A stretch of DNA of 64,000 bases from Cycas panzhihuaensis (Eukaryota > Plantae > Cycadophyta). A program made the translations under genes and the position numbers. Below the pieces are notes generated by a model, which had not been told where the DNA came from, ran no database searches, and saw only the letters and a program-made list of their open reading frames with translations. Location of the stretch: NCBI GenBank assembly GCA_023213395.1, contig CM041465.1, positions 91,829,741 through 91,893,740 of the forward strand. Direction: 5' to 3'. Below are positions 13,443 to 27,923 of the stretch, in pieces. Positions within the stretch are counted from its first letter, which is position 1; each line of letters opens with the position of its first letter.

Positions 13443-16400
13443 TATTATAAATTTATTGTATTTTAATATAATTCTCTACTTTACTGATCATATATATATA
13501 TATAGATAGATACATAGATACATAAACATGTAAAATAGAAACATGTTCCTAAAAGACTATAGCATACCATTAAATATCAAATAAAGTGATGTGGTGATAC
13601 CATGTATATTTAGTATAAACCGTACAATGATACTACAAAAACATTAAAAGAAAGGCATGATACAATAGTATGCTACCATAGATAAAACAAAGCTACATGT
13701 AGGGATACAACATGAATTGTGAACAGAGATGTAATAATAAGGGATAATACCACAGGAACATCCACAACAGTAATAGTATGAATGATGAAACACCATGGAC
13801 AAACTATGATACAGTAGCAAAGACATGCGATATGACAGAAAAAACATAAAATCAGCAAAACATCAAGCCAAATTCCAAAATCATGATCACAATAGATAGG
13901 GCATGCATTAATCCTTAGTCTAAAAGCAAAACTAAATAAAAAATAAAATGAATAGTGACTTATTTAAGCAAAAGTAAACAAAGATTAGGACTATCCTAGA
14001 GTAGACACTCTTAAAAGGCTTAGGATCCAAATGAACCTAAAGAGAAGGTATTTATAGTTAGTGGATTTAGAGAATAAATCTTCTAAACTGGTATAGAAAT
14101 CAATTTTTGAAAGAAATATATTATTTTTTAAGTCTTAATTATGAAGTTGGCCTCAAAGAGTAAGAAATAGAACCATAAGAGAAATCAAAACTATAAAAGG
14201 AGCATAAATTCCTCATACAAAGTTTGTTTCTAGGCCATGAATACTCAATTTATATCTACTCAATGAGATATACGTAATAAACTATGTGAGAAACAATTGC
14301 ATTTAAAAATAAGGTCAAAATGTAAAAAATGATAAATATGAATAAAAATTGTGATAGAATAGGCACATGCACATAATCATTATATCACAGGTATAGAAGG
14401 AAAAATACAAACAAAATGACAATGCACATGTACACAGGTTGACAGGTGAAAAACCCCTTCTAGGGAAGAAAAACCACCTCCTAATCTAGATTGTATTAAT
14501 AAATGAATGAAAACTAATACAATAACCAACCTCTAAAATACAGCCTAGTTTCAGGCATATGGACAGACCTCCTAGATTCCTAGAACTTATTCCATGAATC
14601 TAGGAACCTAATAAATAGGACAAAAGTTCCGCATTTCAACGACCATCTACAATTCAATTAACATTTAACATAAGTTTATAACTTTAGAATCACTTAAATT
14701 ATTTTTAAGACATGTGATTTAAATAATAACATTAAAATACATAAGTTTGCATTCTATAATCTAACATCCCCCTTTAATGTAAACTTTTGTACTTGAGAGA
14801 AAAGAAGATCTTCATCACGATGATCCCCCTTTAATGGAGACTTCGTTTATCTACAATAAATCTCTGAGATGTAAAAACTTTGGTTCAGTTAATGACTTCG
14901 TAAGAATATCAGCAATCTGTAAATCTGTTAGACAATAAGACAAACAAACAAGATTATCAATAACTAGATTACGAATAAAATGTTGATGTAATTTAATATG
15001 TTTAGTGCTAGAATGAAAAACAGGATTAGTAGCAATAGCAATTGCACCTTGATTATCAACTTTAATTTCAATTGAAGAGTTTAGAGTCAGACCAATTTCA
15101 TTTAGCAGTGATTTTAGCCAAAGTGCTTCTTTACCAACTTCGACTAATGCTCGATATTCAGCTTCAGTTGTTGATAACGCCAGTGTCTGCATTCTTTTGC
15201 TTGACCAAGTAATAGGTGAAGAATCAATAAAAAATACATAACCGTAAGTAAATTTACGATCATTTGAATCACCTGCCCAATCGGAATCTATATATCTAGT
15301 TAATATTAATGGTTTATTACAAAAGTTATAAGTTAAACCATGAAACACAATATTCTTTAGATAGCGTAAGATTCGTTTGGCTGCTTTCCAGTGAAATTCG
15401 TGTGGTTGTTACATATATCTAGAGCATAAAGCAACAGCATAAGAAATGTCAGAGCGGGTATGTGTAAGATAAATTAGACTACTAATGAGTTATCAGTATA
15501 GAGTTGGATCACATAACGGAGTTGAACAATCAGTGGACAGTTTAACTCCTGATTGTAAAGGATTGGATACCAGTTTAGCATTGTCCATGTTAAACCGCTA
15601 AATTAAATCAAGAATATACTTAGGTTGGGATAGTGTTATATTTGATTGATTTTGATAAATTTATAAACCTAAAAAGTAATGTAATAGACCTAAATCGGCC
15701 ATTTCAAATTTGTTCATTAAAGTTGATTTAAGATGATGAATATTATGGGTTGATGATCTAGTGATAATAATGTTATTAACATAAAGAATTAGAATGGTAA
15801 GATTTTTATCTTCATGTTTAAAATAAAGATTTGGATCACTAATACATCTAGTGTATCCAATGTGGATTAAGTAATCATCGACTTTGGTATACCAAACTCG
15901 AGGAGTTTGTTTTAAACCATAAATAGATTTTTTAAGTTTACAGACTAAATTAGGATTTTCGATAAATCCAGGTGGTTGTGATATGTAGATCTCTTCTTTG
16001 AGATCACCATTCAAGAAAGTGCTCTTAACATCCATTTGGTGGATTTCCCAACTAAATTTAGTTGCAAGAGCAATAACTGTCTTGATTGTATTCATCTTTG
16101 CAACAGGAGCAAAGGTTTCATTATAGTCAATGCCATCTATTTGAGAAAATTCTTTGGCAACAAGGCAAGCTTTAGATTTTTCTATTGTGCCTGTTGAATT
16201 ATATTTAGTCCTATAAACCTATTTACAGTCGACTACATTTTTCCCAGGTGGGAGAGAAACAAAATCCTAGGTAGAATTTTTAATTAAGGCAGCAAATTCA
16301 GTCTGCATAGCATCTTGCCATACAAGATTGTTGCTGGCTTGTTTAAAAGTTTTGGGATCATTATTTTCCATTATTTTTGCCATTAAGGCAAAATTTGTAT

Positions 16401-19400
16401 AAAGTTTTTACGCATGTATACGCCTAGTATCAGTAGGATTGCCTACATTAGATCCAGCATCAGCAAGCATTTTGGTTGCCCAAACTGGTTGCTTGTGAGT
16501 AACTGAATCTGAGGTTGTAGGTTGATTTGATGTGCTAGCTTGAAGAGAATGATCTGTTTCAGCGGGTTCTAATAGGGTCCAATTTTGGACTTGAGTTGAT
16601 AAAGAATTTATGATTTCTAAATCAACTTGTTTATCAGAATCATCAACCAAACGAGTGTTAGTTAACAAATCTTCAATAGGAAGTTCTACATAAGTAAATG
16701 TTGAAGTAGAGCCTTCTTCATCAAATACTACATCATGCAAAATAGAAATGTTATGTATGATTAGATCTAAAAGTCTATAGGCTTTACTCTCTTATTTGTA
16801 ATAGCGAAGATGTATTTTTAACTTTTTTTATCTAACTTTTTATGTTTTTTGTGAGGGATATGTCCCCACGCGATACTACCGAAAATTCATAAATGTTGGA
16901 CAGATGGTTTTTTTCCAGACTATTTTTGTTCTGGAGTGATGTTTTGTAAACTTTTACTAGGTAAACGATTTAATAAATAATTAGAGCAGTTAATTGCTTC
17001 TGCTCATAATTTTAGATCGAGATTCTTTGCATGTAACATGCAATGAGTCATTTCAACAAGAGTGCGGTTTTTGCGTTCAGCAACACCGTTTTGTTGAGAC
17101 ATGTATGCAACTGAATGTTAGAATTTAATTCCATGTGATTTGCAGAAAGAGGTGAAATTTTTACTTAAATATTCCTTAGCATTATCAGATCAAAATATTT
17201 TGATTCTTAAATTGGACTGATTTTCTACTAACGTTTTATATTCAACGAAAATGTCGAACACTTGACTGCGTGTTTTGAGTATATAAACCCAACATTTTCT
17301 TGAATAATCATCAATGAATGTAATGAAATAACGAGATCCTGAGTATGATGGTACGTGAAAAGGTCCACACATATCAGAGTGGACAAGTTCTAGTGGAGCA
17401 GTTGCTCGGTATTGAGTTTTGTATGGAAATGGATCCATGTGTTATTTGCCTGTCACACAGGCTTCACAAACACCATAAATAGTGTTTAATCATGGTAAAC
17501 CATGGACCATTTCATGCTTAATTAAATATTGCAATTTGCCATAGCTAATATGGCCAAATCTCGCATGCCAAAGTTTGATGACTAAGTCAGATTTGGTAAC
17601 GAAGGCACTAAATGATTTTGATTTATTATTTTGAAAACTGGTCATACTATAGAGACCTGTATTATGATCAACAGGTCCTAAAGCAATACGTTTGAATTTG
17701 TGTAATGGATCTTTAATGACAAATTTATTTTTCTAGAATTCGACAACAAGGTCTTTCTGGAAAATTTGATATACTGAGAGGAGGTTTGGTAACAAACCAG
17801 ATACGTAAAAAACGTCCTTGATTAAACCATCCTTTAGGGTAACATCGCCAGATCCTTTGACTTTGAGTTGATTACCACTACCGAAAGAAATCTCTTCTTT
17901 AGAGTTCGTTTCGAATTAATAGGTGGTTAAGTTTTTCTGGTGTCTAGTCATATGATGGGATACACCAAAGTCAATGATTTATTATGGTGGTTAGTTGGAA
18001 GGAGCAACAAACGCAGAAGTTGTTGCTGTCAAAGAACGATTATGAAATTAACGGTTTTGTGGTCGTGATTATGAATGTGAATTCGATTGGAAATAGGATT
18101 GAGAATGGGATTGCGATTTATTTTGTAATCCCTTGGAAGCTTTCCATGCTTCCAAAGCTATTCTACTTCTACAGACATCAATAGTATGGCCTCTTTTATG
18201 ACAGTAGGCACAACTAGTATTTTGAGAAGAAGATGCATGGTTTTTATTAGAAATGAATTGATTGGAAGTATTCTAGTTTTTAGTTAAACCAAAATATTTA
18301 ACATTATTTTGAGAATTAGATGGTGAACCTCGATGAGGTTTATTAAATTTTTTATTGTTATTATGAAAGTTGTTATTCTGTTGTTTATTTTTAAATTGTG
18401 GCTTAGTTTTAGAAAACAAAACCTGTGAATGATCTTTTATTGCACATGTTCTGATTAACATTGTTTGATGTTCAATCAACTGATTTGTTAGCTGATTGAA
18501 TGTGATATGTGGATTGCCAGCTTGTTGTCTGGCATCTTGGTAAAGATTGAAGTGTTTTGGTAATTTATTAACTACAAGACGTCTGGCGTGTAAATGTCTT
18601 TGATATGCGTAGTTATTTTTTCTATATCACCTTCTTTGGTTTTTTATTTAATGCAGTTATCTAGATCTTTATTGATTGATTGAATTTTTGTTAAAAAATC
18701 CTCAACATTTGTAAAGTCGTCAAAAGTCAGATTATACAATTGTTCTTCTAGGATAGCTACCTGATGTGTATCAAACTTGTCATATTTTTCTTCCAAAGTT
18801 TTCCGCATGTTGGCTAAGTCTTTTTTTTCAGAAAACTACCGACTGATTTCTGATGAGAGAGAATTTAATATGGTGCCTAATGCGGCATCTGAGTTCATCA
18901 GATATACCATAAGATTCTCAGTAGCATCTGCTTTTGGTTTTTGGAATTCACCTGTCACATATCGCCATACTTTTCTTTGTTTGGTGATAGGATATGTGAT
19001 TCCTCCAACAAGATAATTTGAGCCGATTAATCTTTGGAATTGGAGCAGCGGTGTTGTCACGATATTAATGCCATATTGGGAGTGTTAAGGTGTATTTGAA
19101 GATTAAAAAATTATGAAGATGACTTGAAAAAATAATTACCTAGTGCAAAATACTAATCTTGTTAATAGATCTAATTCACAAAGACATCTTAATTTGCATG
19201 GATTGATTTTAAAATAAAAAAATCATGTGTTTTTAAACAAACAACAATTTCTTAAGCAGTTATTTTTGAAAAACCAGTTTTCTTTTAGAAAAAAAATAGT
19301 TCCCTTTAGGAAAAAAAATCTCCTTTAGAAAAATAAATTGTCCCCCTTAAAAATAATAATTCCCTTTTAGAAAAAAATTAAACAATTTTCTTTAACGAAA

Positions 19401-20564
19401 TAAGTGATTTAAAAAAAAAAAATTAACTAGGCATTTTGTTTCCCTTTTTATATAAAAAAAATGTATAATGTTAAGGATTAAATTTAAATCTTATAGATTA
19501 AGTGTTAAAAAGGAAATTAATAAATGTAATGGTAAAAGGTTAATTAGATTTACCTAGGATTAACTATATTTGTTTTAAGTAATTAAAATGTAGTTAAATC
19601 AAATCGTTAAAATGTATTAAAGGATAATAATAATAAGATAATGAAGTTTATATATACATTATAAGGAGAAAAGTTAATAGAGTAAGATTTTATTTAAATA
19701 TTCATAAAATGTTTAGAGGGGAAAGAGGAGAATGTAATTAAGAAAAAAAATTTGTATTGAAAAAGAGGGGGGGTATTAAATTTATTTTAACAAAGGTATT
19801 ATAGGAGGGGTTTAAAGTTTGTTTTAATAAAAATGTTTTAAGGGTGGAAATTAGATTTAAGTCAAAGTATAAAATATAATGTGGATGGGGGGGGGGGCGC
19901 ATTTGATTTTAAATCAAAAAACGCAAAGGATAATAGGATGGACTCATACTATAAGGTTTAATAGAGAAACTTTGATTAAAGTTAAAATGATTTTGTATTA
20001 AGATAAAGTGGGGGGTTTTTAATCTTAAATCGAAGTGTAGAATATAATAAGGAGGGGACTTTGATTTAAATCAAAGTAATAAATTTAATGGAGGGAACTT
20101 TATTTTAAATCAAAGTGTTAAATTTAATGGGGGGAAAACTTTGATTTACAACAAGGTATTAAGATTAATAAAAAAGGGTTTTCGGCTTTGATTCATAAAA
20201 AATTAAAAGGTATTTATAAGATTTAAAAGAGTGGGGGGGCGGGGGGGACTTTGATTGAAATCAACGTATAAGATATAATAGTTAAAATCAAAAAATGATT
20301 TGAATTAAGAATAAAAGACTTTATAAAGTTTAGAAGAGGGGGTTGATTCATTTGAATCAAAAAATTAAAAGATTTTTTATAAAGTTAAAGGGGGGGGTTA
20401 GATTCAATTGAATCAAAAATTAAAAGGTATTTTTATAAAGTTAAAAGGGGGGGTAGATTTATTTTAAATAAATAAAAAAAAAAAAAAGTAAATACGGACG
20501 CAGACCCGACAGACTTTATGTGTTTTAAAACACAAAATCGAAATTTGTTTTAATTTGGGGTCCG
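13443..20564 (-). repeat. Left arm of the giant inverted repeat (flank + 3' LTR + gag-pol + part of the leader)
   Basis: Reverse complement of 21663-27967. Mirrored ORF pairs include 15661..16095(-)/25278..25712(+) and 13673..13858(-)/27524..27709(+). Confidence 0.95.
19840..20470. repeat. Degenerate array of palindromic ACTTTGATTTAAATCAAAGT-like motifs separated by G-runs in the Copia leader
   Basis: Perfect 20-bp palindrome at 20058-20077. Variants near 19851, 19901, 19968, 20017, 20097, 20138, 20248, 20343 and 20399. Confidence 0.7.
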
Positions 20565-21662
20565 AGAGGTAAAGATGAGGAAACCCTACCTCATTCTTTC
20601 CATGGCGGCGGCGTTCGCTCCTCTTTGTAGGTCAACGGCGATTGCATTGGAGCGGCAGCGATGCGTGTTGCAGATTGATCGAGGAGGAGCAGCTCGGTCT
20701 AGCTTGGGAATCTTCCTTGGCAACGTTGCATCACCCATTCAGTGGAAACAGTTAGAAACAGAACGAGTCTCTGGATCTGGAACGACGGGTTGTCTCAGGG
20801 CGTGGGCTTCATTTCAAGAATTCATCATTGCTCGGTTGCCATTATTACGTTGTCTTGTAACAGGTCATTCCTCTGCGAAGCGTGATGGTTAGTGATCTTC
20901 TGCTAGGGTTCTTTGATTTTGTGGAGAAGGTAATCTTTCTCTATTGAGAAAATCTTTGAGAGCTTTTATGGCATATTCTGTCCAATGGACTTGTATCTCT
21001 CTTTCTGTGGCGTCCACTGTTTCTGCAGGTTGTTCTTGGCGGCAGCATGCTCAGCGTCTTCGTAAGGAGTCCTCTTTCAAGCTCTTCTTTTTCAAGATAC
21101 GGGGTTTATGTCTTTGATTTGCCTCTTCTCAAATCACACGAGGCTAAAGTTGACATGGCACTACGGATTCAAGCGAGGCGGTAGAAATCACGAATGCGAC
21201 GTATGAGGCGCGTCTTTAGAAGACCAGATGGATGCCTTTGCCAGATGCCTTTGTTGTAAAGATCAGAGCCGCCAGTCCTGTGAAGCTGTGCCCTAAAAAA
21301 AATCCCTTGTGTCCTCTTCTTCTTGTTATTCCTTACATATTACTAAACTGGGGTTCTGACTCTTGTTTTACTTTCACAGACATGTACATATTCGGGCTGA
21401 AACTTGGTTTTGTCAAGCCTTAGGAGAAAGGGTTAAACTGATCCTTTTTGTGTACAAGATGTAAATTTTGACTGGTTAATGGAAATTTTGCTTTGACAGA
21501 TTTTGTGTAAAACAGTTTATGGAATTCCGTATGAATGATCTATGACCCATTAAAAAAAAACTGGGGTTTGTTGTGAAAATTGATGAAAATATAATAGCTG
21601 GAAAGGTATTAATAAAATGTTTTATGCAAAGACATTATGTAACATGTAAGTAGGCTAAGTCC

Positions 21663-24600
21663 CGGATCCCAAATTAAAACAAATTTCGATTTTGTGTTTT
21701 AAAACACATAAAATCCGCCGGGTCTGCGGTCGTATTTACTTTAAATTTTTTTTTTTTTTTTTTTTTTAAATAAATCTACCCCCCTTTTTAACTTTATAAA
21801 AATACCTTTTAATTTTTTATTCAATTGAATCTAACCCCCCCCCCCCCCTCACCCCCCCCTTTAACTTTATAAAAATCTTTTAATTTTTTATTCAAATGAA
21901 TAAACACCCCCTTCTAAACTTTATAAAGTCTTTTATTCTTAATTCAAATCATTTTTTGATTTTAACTATTATATCTTATACTTTGATTTTTAAATCACTT
22001 ATTTCGTTAAAGAAAATTGTTTAATTTTTTTCTAAAAGGGAATTATTATTTTTAAGGGGGACAGTTTATTTTTCTAAAGGAGATTTTTTTTCCTAAAGAG
22101 GACTATTTTTTTTCTAAAAGAAAACTGGTTTTCAAAAATAACTGCTTAAGAAATTGTTGTTTGTTTAAAAACACATGATCTTTTTATCTTAAAATCAATC
22201 CATGCAAATTAAGATGTCTTTGTGGATTAGATCTATTAACAAGATTAGTGTTTTTCACTAGGTAATTATTTTTTCAAGTCACCTTCATAATTTTTTAATC
22301 TTCAAATACACCTTAACACTCCCAATATGGCATTAATGTCAGGGATAGTCACCTGCGTTCCAATTCCGATTAATCGGCTCAAACTATCTTGTTGGAGGAA
22401 TCACATATCCTATCACCAAACAAAGAAAAAGTATGGCGATATGTGATGTGAATTCCAAAACCAAAAGCAGATGCTCGAGAATCTTATGGTATATCCGATG
22501 AACTCGGATGCCGTGACAGGCACCATATTAAATTCTCTCTCATCAGAAATCAGTCGGTAGTTTTCTGAAAAAAAAGACTTAGCCACTGTCTGGAAAACTT
22601 TGGAAGAAAAATATGACAAGTTTGATACACATCAGGTAGCTATCCTAGAAGAACAATTGTATAATCTGACTTTTGACGACTTTACAAATGTTGAGGATTT
22701 TTTAACAAAAATTCAATCAATCAATAAAGATCTAGATAACTGCATTAAATAAAAAACCAAAGAAGGTGATATAGAAAAAATAACTACGCATATCAAAGAC
22801 GACGACACGCTCGTACGTCTTGTAGTTAATAAATTACCAAAACACTTCAATCTTTACCAAGATGCCAGACAACAAGCTGGCAATCCACATATCACATTCA
22901 ATCAGCTAACAAATCAGTTGATTGAACATCAAACAATGTTAATCAGAACATGTGCAATAAAAGATCATTCACAGGTTTTGTTTTCTAAAACTAAGCCACA
23001 ATTTAAAAATAAACAACACAATAACAATCAATAAACCTCATCGAGGTTCACCATCTAATTCTCAAAATAATGTTAAATATTCTGGTTTAACTAAAAACCA
23101 GAATACTTCCAATCAATTCGTTTCTAATAGAAACCATGCATCTTCTTCTCAAAACACTAGTTGTGCCTACTGTCATAAAATAGGCCATACTATTGATGTC
23201 TGTAGAAGTAGAATAGCTTTGAAAGCATGGAAAACTTCCAAGGGATTACAAAATAAATCGCAATCCCATTCTCAATCCCATTTCCAATCGAATTCACATT
23301 CATAATCACGACCACAAAATCGTTAATTTCATAATCGTTCTTTGACAGCAACAACTTCTACGTTTGTTGCTCCTTCCAACTAACCACCACAATGGATCCT
23401 TGACTTTGGTGTATCCCATCATATGACTGGACACCAGAAAAACTTAACCACCTATTAATTCGAAACGAACTCTGAAGAAGAAATTTCTTTCGGTAGTGGT
23501 AATCAACTCAAAGTCAAAGGATCTGGCGATGTTACCCTAAAAGATGGTTTAATCAATGACGTTTTTTACGTACCTGGTTTGTTACCAAACCTCCTCTCAG
23601 TATATCAAATTTGTGAGAAAGACCTTGTTGTCGAATTCTGGAAAAATAAATTTGTCATTAAAGATCCATTACACAAATTCAAACATATTGCTTCAGGACC
23701 TGTTGATCATAATACAGGTCTCTATAGTATGACCAGTTTTCAAAATAATAAATCAAAATCATTTAGTGCCTTCATACCAACCGACTTACCATCAAACTTT
23801 GGCATACGAGATTTGGCCATATTAGCTATGGCAAATTGCAATATTTAATCAAGAATGAAATGGTCCATGGTTTACCACCATTAAACACTATTTATGGTGT
23901 TTGTGAAGCCTTTGTGACAGGCAAATAACATATGGATCCATTTCCATACAAAACTCAATACCGAGCAACTGCTCCACTAGAACTTGTCCACTCTGATATG
24001 TGTGGACCTTTTCACGTACCATCATACTCAGGATCTCATTATTTCATTACATTCATTGATGATTATTCAAAAAAATGTTGGGTTTATATACTCAAAATAC
24101 GCAGTCAAGTGTTCGACATTTTCGTTGAATATAAAACGTTAGTAGAAAATCAATCCAATTCAAGAATCAAAATATTCCGATCTGATAATGCTAAGGAATA
24201 TTTAAGTAAAAATTTCACCTCTTTCTGCAAATCACATGGAATTAAATTCCAACATTCAACAGCATACATGCCAACAAAACAAAGGTTGTTCACGAACGTA
24301 AAACCGCATCTATTGTTGAAATGACTTGTTGCATGTTACATGCAAAGAATCTCGATCTAAAACTATGGACAGAAGCAATCAACTGCTCTAATTATTTATT
24401 AAATCGTTTACCCAGTAAAAGTTTACAAAACGTCACTCCAGAACAAAAATAGTCTAGAAAAAAACTATCTGTTCAACATTTATGAATTTTCGGTAGTATC
24501 GCGTGGGGACATATCCCTCACAAAAAACGTAAAAAGTTAGATAAAAAAAGTTAAAAATACATCTTCGTTGACTACAGCGAAGAGAGTAAAGCCTATAGAC

Positions 24601-27600
24601 TTTTAGATTCAATCACGCATAACATTTCTATTTTGCATGATGTAGTATTTGATGAAGAAGGCTTTACTTCAACATTTACTTATGTAGAACTTCCTATTGA
24701 AGATTTGTTAACTAACACTCATTTGGTTGATGATTCTGATAAACAAGTTGATTTAGAAATCATAGATTCTTTATCAACTCAAGTCCAAAATTGGACCGTA
24801 TTAGAACCCGCTAAAACAGATCATTCTCTTCAAGCTAGCACATGAAATCAACCTACAACCTCAGATTCAGTTACTCACAAGCAACCAGTTTAGGCAACCA
24901 AAACGCTTGCTGATGTTGGATCTAATGTAGGCAATCCTACTGATACTAGGCATACACATGCGTGAAAAGTTTATACAAATTTTGCCTTAATGGCAAAAAT
25001 AATGGAAAATAAGGATCCCAAAACTTTTAAACAAGCCAGCAACAATCTTGTATGGCAAGATGCTATGCAGACTGAATTTGTTGCCTTAATTAAAAATTCT
25101 ACCTGGGATTTTGTTTCTCTCCCACCTGGGAAAAATGTAGTCGACTGTAAATAGGTTTATAGGACTAAATATAATTCAACAGGCGCAGTAGAAAAATATA
25201 AAGCTCGCCTTGTTGCCAAAGAATTTTCCCAAATAGATGGCATTGACTATAATGAAACCTTTGCTCCTGTTGCAAAGATGAATACAATCAAAATAGTTAT
25301 TGCTCTTGCAACTAAATTTAGTTGGGAAATCCACCAAATGGATGTTAAGAGCGCTTTCTTGAATGGTGATCTCAAAGAAGAGTTCTACATATCACAACCA
25401 CCTAGATTTATCGAAAATCCTAATTTAGTCTGTAAACTTAAAAAATCTATTTATGGTTTAAAACAAACTCCTCGAGCTTGGTATACCAAAGTCGATGATT
25501 ACTTAATCCACATTGGATACACTAAATGTATTAGTGATCCAAATCTTTATTTTAAACATGAAGATAAAAATCTTACCATTCTAATTCTTTATGTTATTAA
25601 CATTATTATCACTAGATCATCAACCCATAATATTCATCATCTCAAATCAACTTTAATGAACAAATTTGAAATGGCCGATTTAGGTCTATTACATTACTTT
25701 TTAGGTTTATAAATTTATCAAAATCAATCAAATATAACACTATCCCAACCTAAGTATATTCTTGATTTAATTTAGCGGTTTAACATGGACAATGTTAAAC
25801 TGGTATCCAATCATTTACAATCAGGAGTTAAACTGTTCACTAATTGTTCAACTCCGTTATGTGATCCAACTCTATACCGATAACTCATTAGTAGTCTAAT
25901 TTATCTTACACATACCCGCCCTGACATTTCTTATGATGTTGCTTTATGCTCCAGATATATGTAACAACCACACAAATCTCACTGGAAAGCAGCCAAACGA
26001 ATCTTACGCTATCTAAAGAATACTGTGTTTCATAGTTTAACTTATAACTTTTGTAATAAACTATTAACATTAACTAGATATACAGATTCTGATTGAGCAG
26101 GTGATTCAAATGATCGTAAATTTACTTTCGATTATGTATTTTTTATTGATTCCTCACCTATTACTTGGTCAAGCAAAAAAATGCAGACACAAGTTATCAA
26201 CAATCGTTGAATATCGAGCATTAGTCGAAGTTGGTAAAGAAGCACTTTGGCTAAAATCACTACTAAATGAAATTGGTCTAACTCTAAACTCTTCAATTGA
26301 AATTAAAGTTGATAATCAAGGTGCAATTGCTATTGCTACTAATCCTGTTTCTCATTCTAGCACTAAACATATTAAATTACATCAACATTTTATTCGTAAT
26401 CTGATCGATAATCTTGTTTGTTTGTCTTATTGTCCAACAGATTTACAGATTGCTGATATTCTTACGAAGTCATTAACTGAACCAAAGTTTTTACATCTCA
26501 AAGATTTATTGCAGATAAAATAAGTCTCCATTAAAGGGGGATCATCGTGATGAAGATCTTCTTTTCTCTCAAGTACAAAAATTTACATTAAAGGGGGATG
26601 TTAGATTATAGAATGCAAACTTATGTATTTTAATGTTATTATTTAAGTCACATGTCTTTAAAATAATTTAAGTGATTCTAAAGTTATAAACTTATGTTAA
26701 ATGTTAATTGAATTGTGGATGGTCGTTGAAATGCGGAACTCCATTCTAACGAACCTTTGTCCTATTTATTAGGTTCCTAGATTCATGGAATAAGTTCTAG
26801 GAATCTAGGAGGTATGTCCATATGCCTGAAACTAGGCTGTATTTTAGAAGTTGGTTATTGTATTAGTTTTCGTTCATTTATTAATACAATCTAGATTAGG
26901 AGGTGGTTTTTCTTCCCTAGAAGAGGTTTTTCACCTGTCAACCTGTGTATATGTGCATTGTCATTTTGTTTGTGTTTTTCCTTCTATACCTGTGATATAA
27001 TGATTATGTGCATGTGCCTATTCTATCACAATTTTTATTCATATTTATCATTTTTTACATTTTGACCTTATTTTTAAATGCAATTGCTTCTCTCACATAG
27101 TTTATTACGTATATCTCATTGAGTAGATATAAATTGAGTATTCATGGCCTAGAAACAAACTTTGTATGAGGAATTTATGCTCCTTTTATAGTTTTGATTT
27201 CTCTTATGGTTCTATTTCTTACTCTTTGAGGCCAACTTCATAATTAAGACTTAAAAAATAGTATATTTCTTTCAAAAATTGATTTCTATACCAGTTTAGA
27301 AGATTTATTCTCTAAATCCGCTAATTATAAATACCTTCTCTTTAGGTTCATTTGGATCCTAAGCCTTTTAAGAGTTTCTACTCTAGGATAGTCCTAATCT
27401 TTGTTTACTTTTGCTTAAATAAGTCACTATTCATTTTATTTTTTATTTGATTTTGCTTTTAGACTAAGGATTAACGCATGCCTTATCTATTGTGATCATG
27501 ATTTTGGAATTTGGCTTGATGTTTTGCTGATTTTATGTTTTTTCGGTCATATCGCATGTCTTTGCTACTGTATCATAGTTTGTCCATGGTGTTTCATCAT

Positions 27601-27879
27601 TCATACTATTACTGTTGTGGATGTTCCCGTGGTATTATCCCTTATTATTACATCTCTGTTCACAATTCATGTTGTATCCCTGCATGTAGCTTTGTTTTAT
27701 CTATGGTAGCATACTATTGTATCATGCCTTTCTTTTAATGTTTTTGTAGTATCATTGTACGGTTTATACTAAATATACATGGTATCACCACATCACTTTA
27801 TTTGATATTTAATGGTATGCTATAGTCTTTTAGGAACATGTTTCTATTTTACATGTTTATGTGTCTATGTATCTATCTA

Positions 27880-27923
<44 letters not shown>

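Larger units (their letters stand above)
7265..13490 (+). mobile_element. L1-clade LINE 3' fragment (zf-RVT + RNase H + 3' UTR), split by the Gypsy at 7981-12730
   Basis: LWKRIYNLNLWPKIFTFLWLV...INHLFLQC (zf-RVT) and ANFDGAS...GGIIRDHDGK lie before 7981. TTNNI and FNHVKRKVN*IVDLL resume after 12730. The fragment ends CTTTACTGATCA plus a (TA)n tail near 13490. Confidence 0.8.

Noticed and set aside
13644-13858. Small Cys/His-rich ORFs, duplicated at 27524-27738
   Set aside because: Compositional ORFs in AT-rich flank; their duplication is explained by the inverted repeat.
19840-20470. CRISPR-like array (palindromic repeats with spacers)
   Set aside because: Repeats are degenerate, spacers are low-complexity and similar to each other, there are no cas genes, and the context is a plant retrotransposon.
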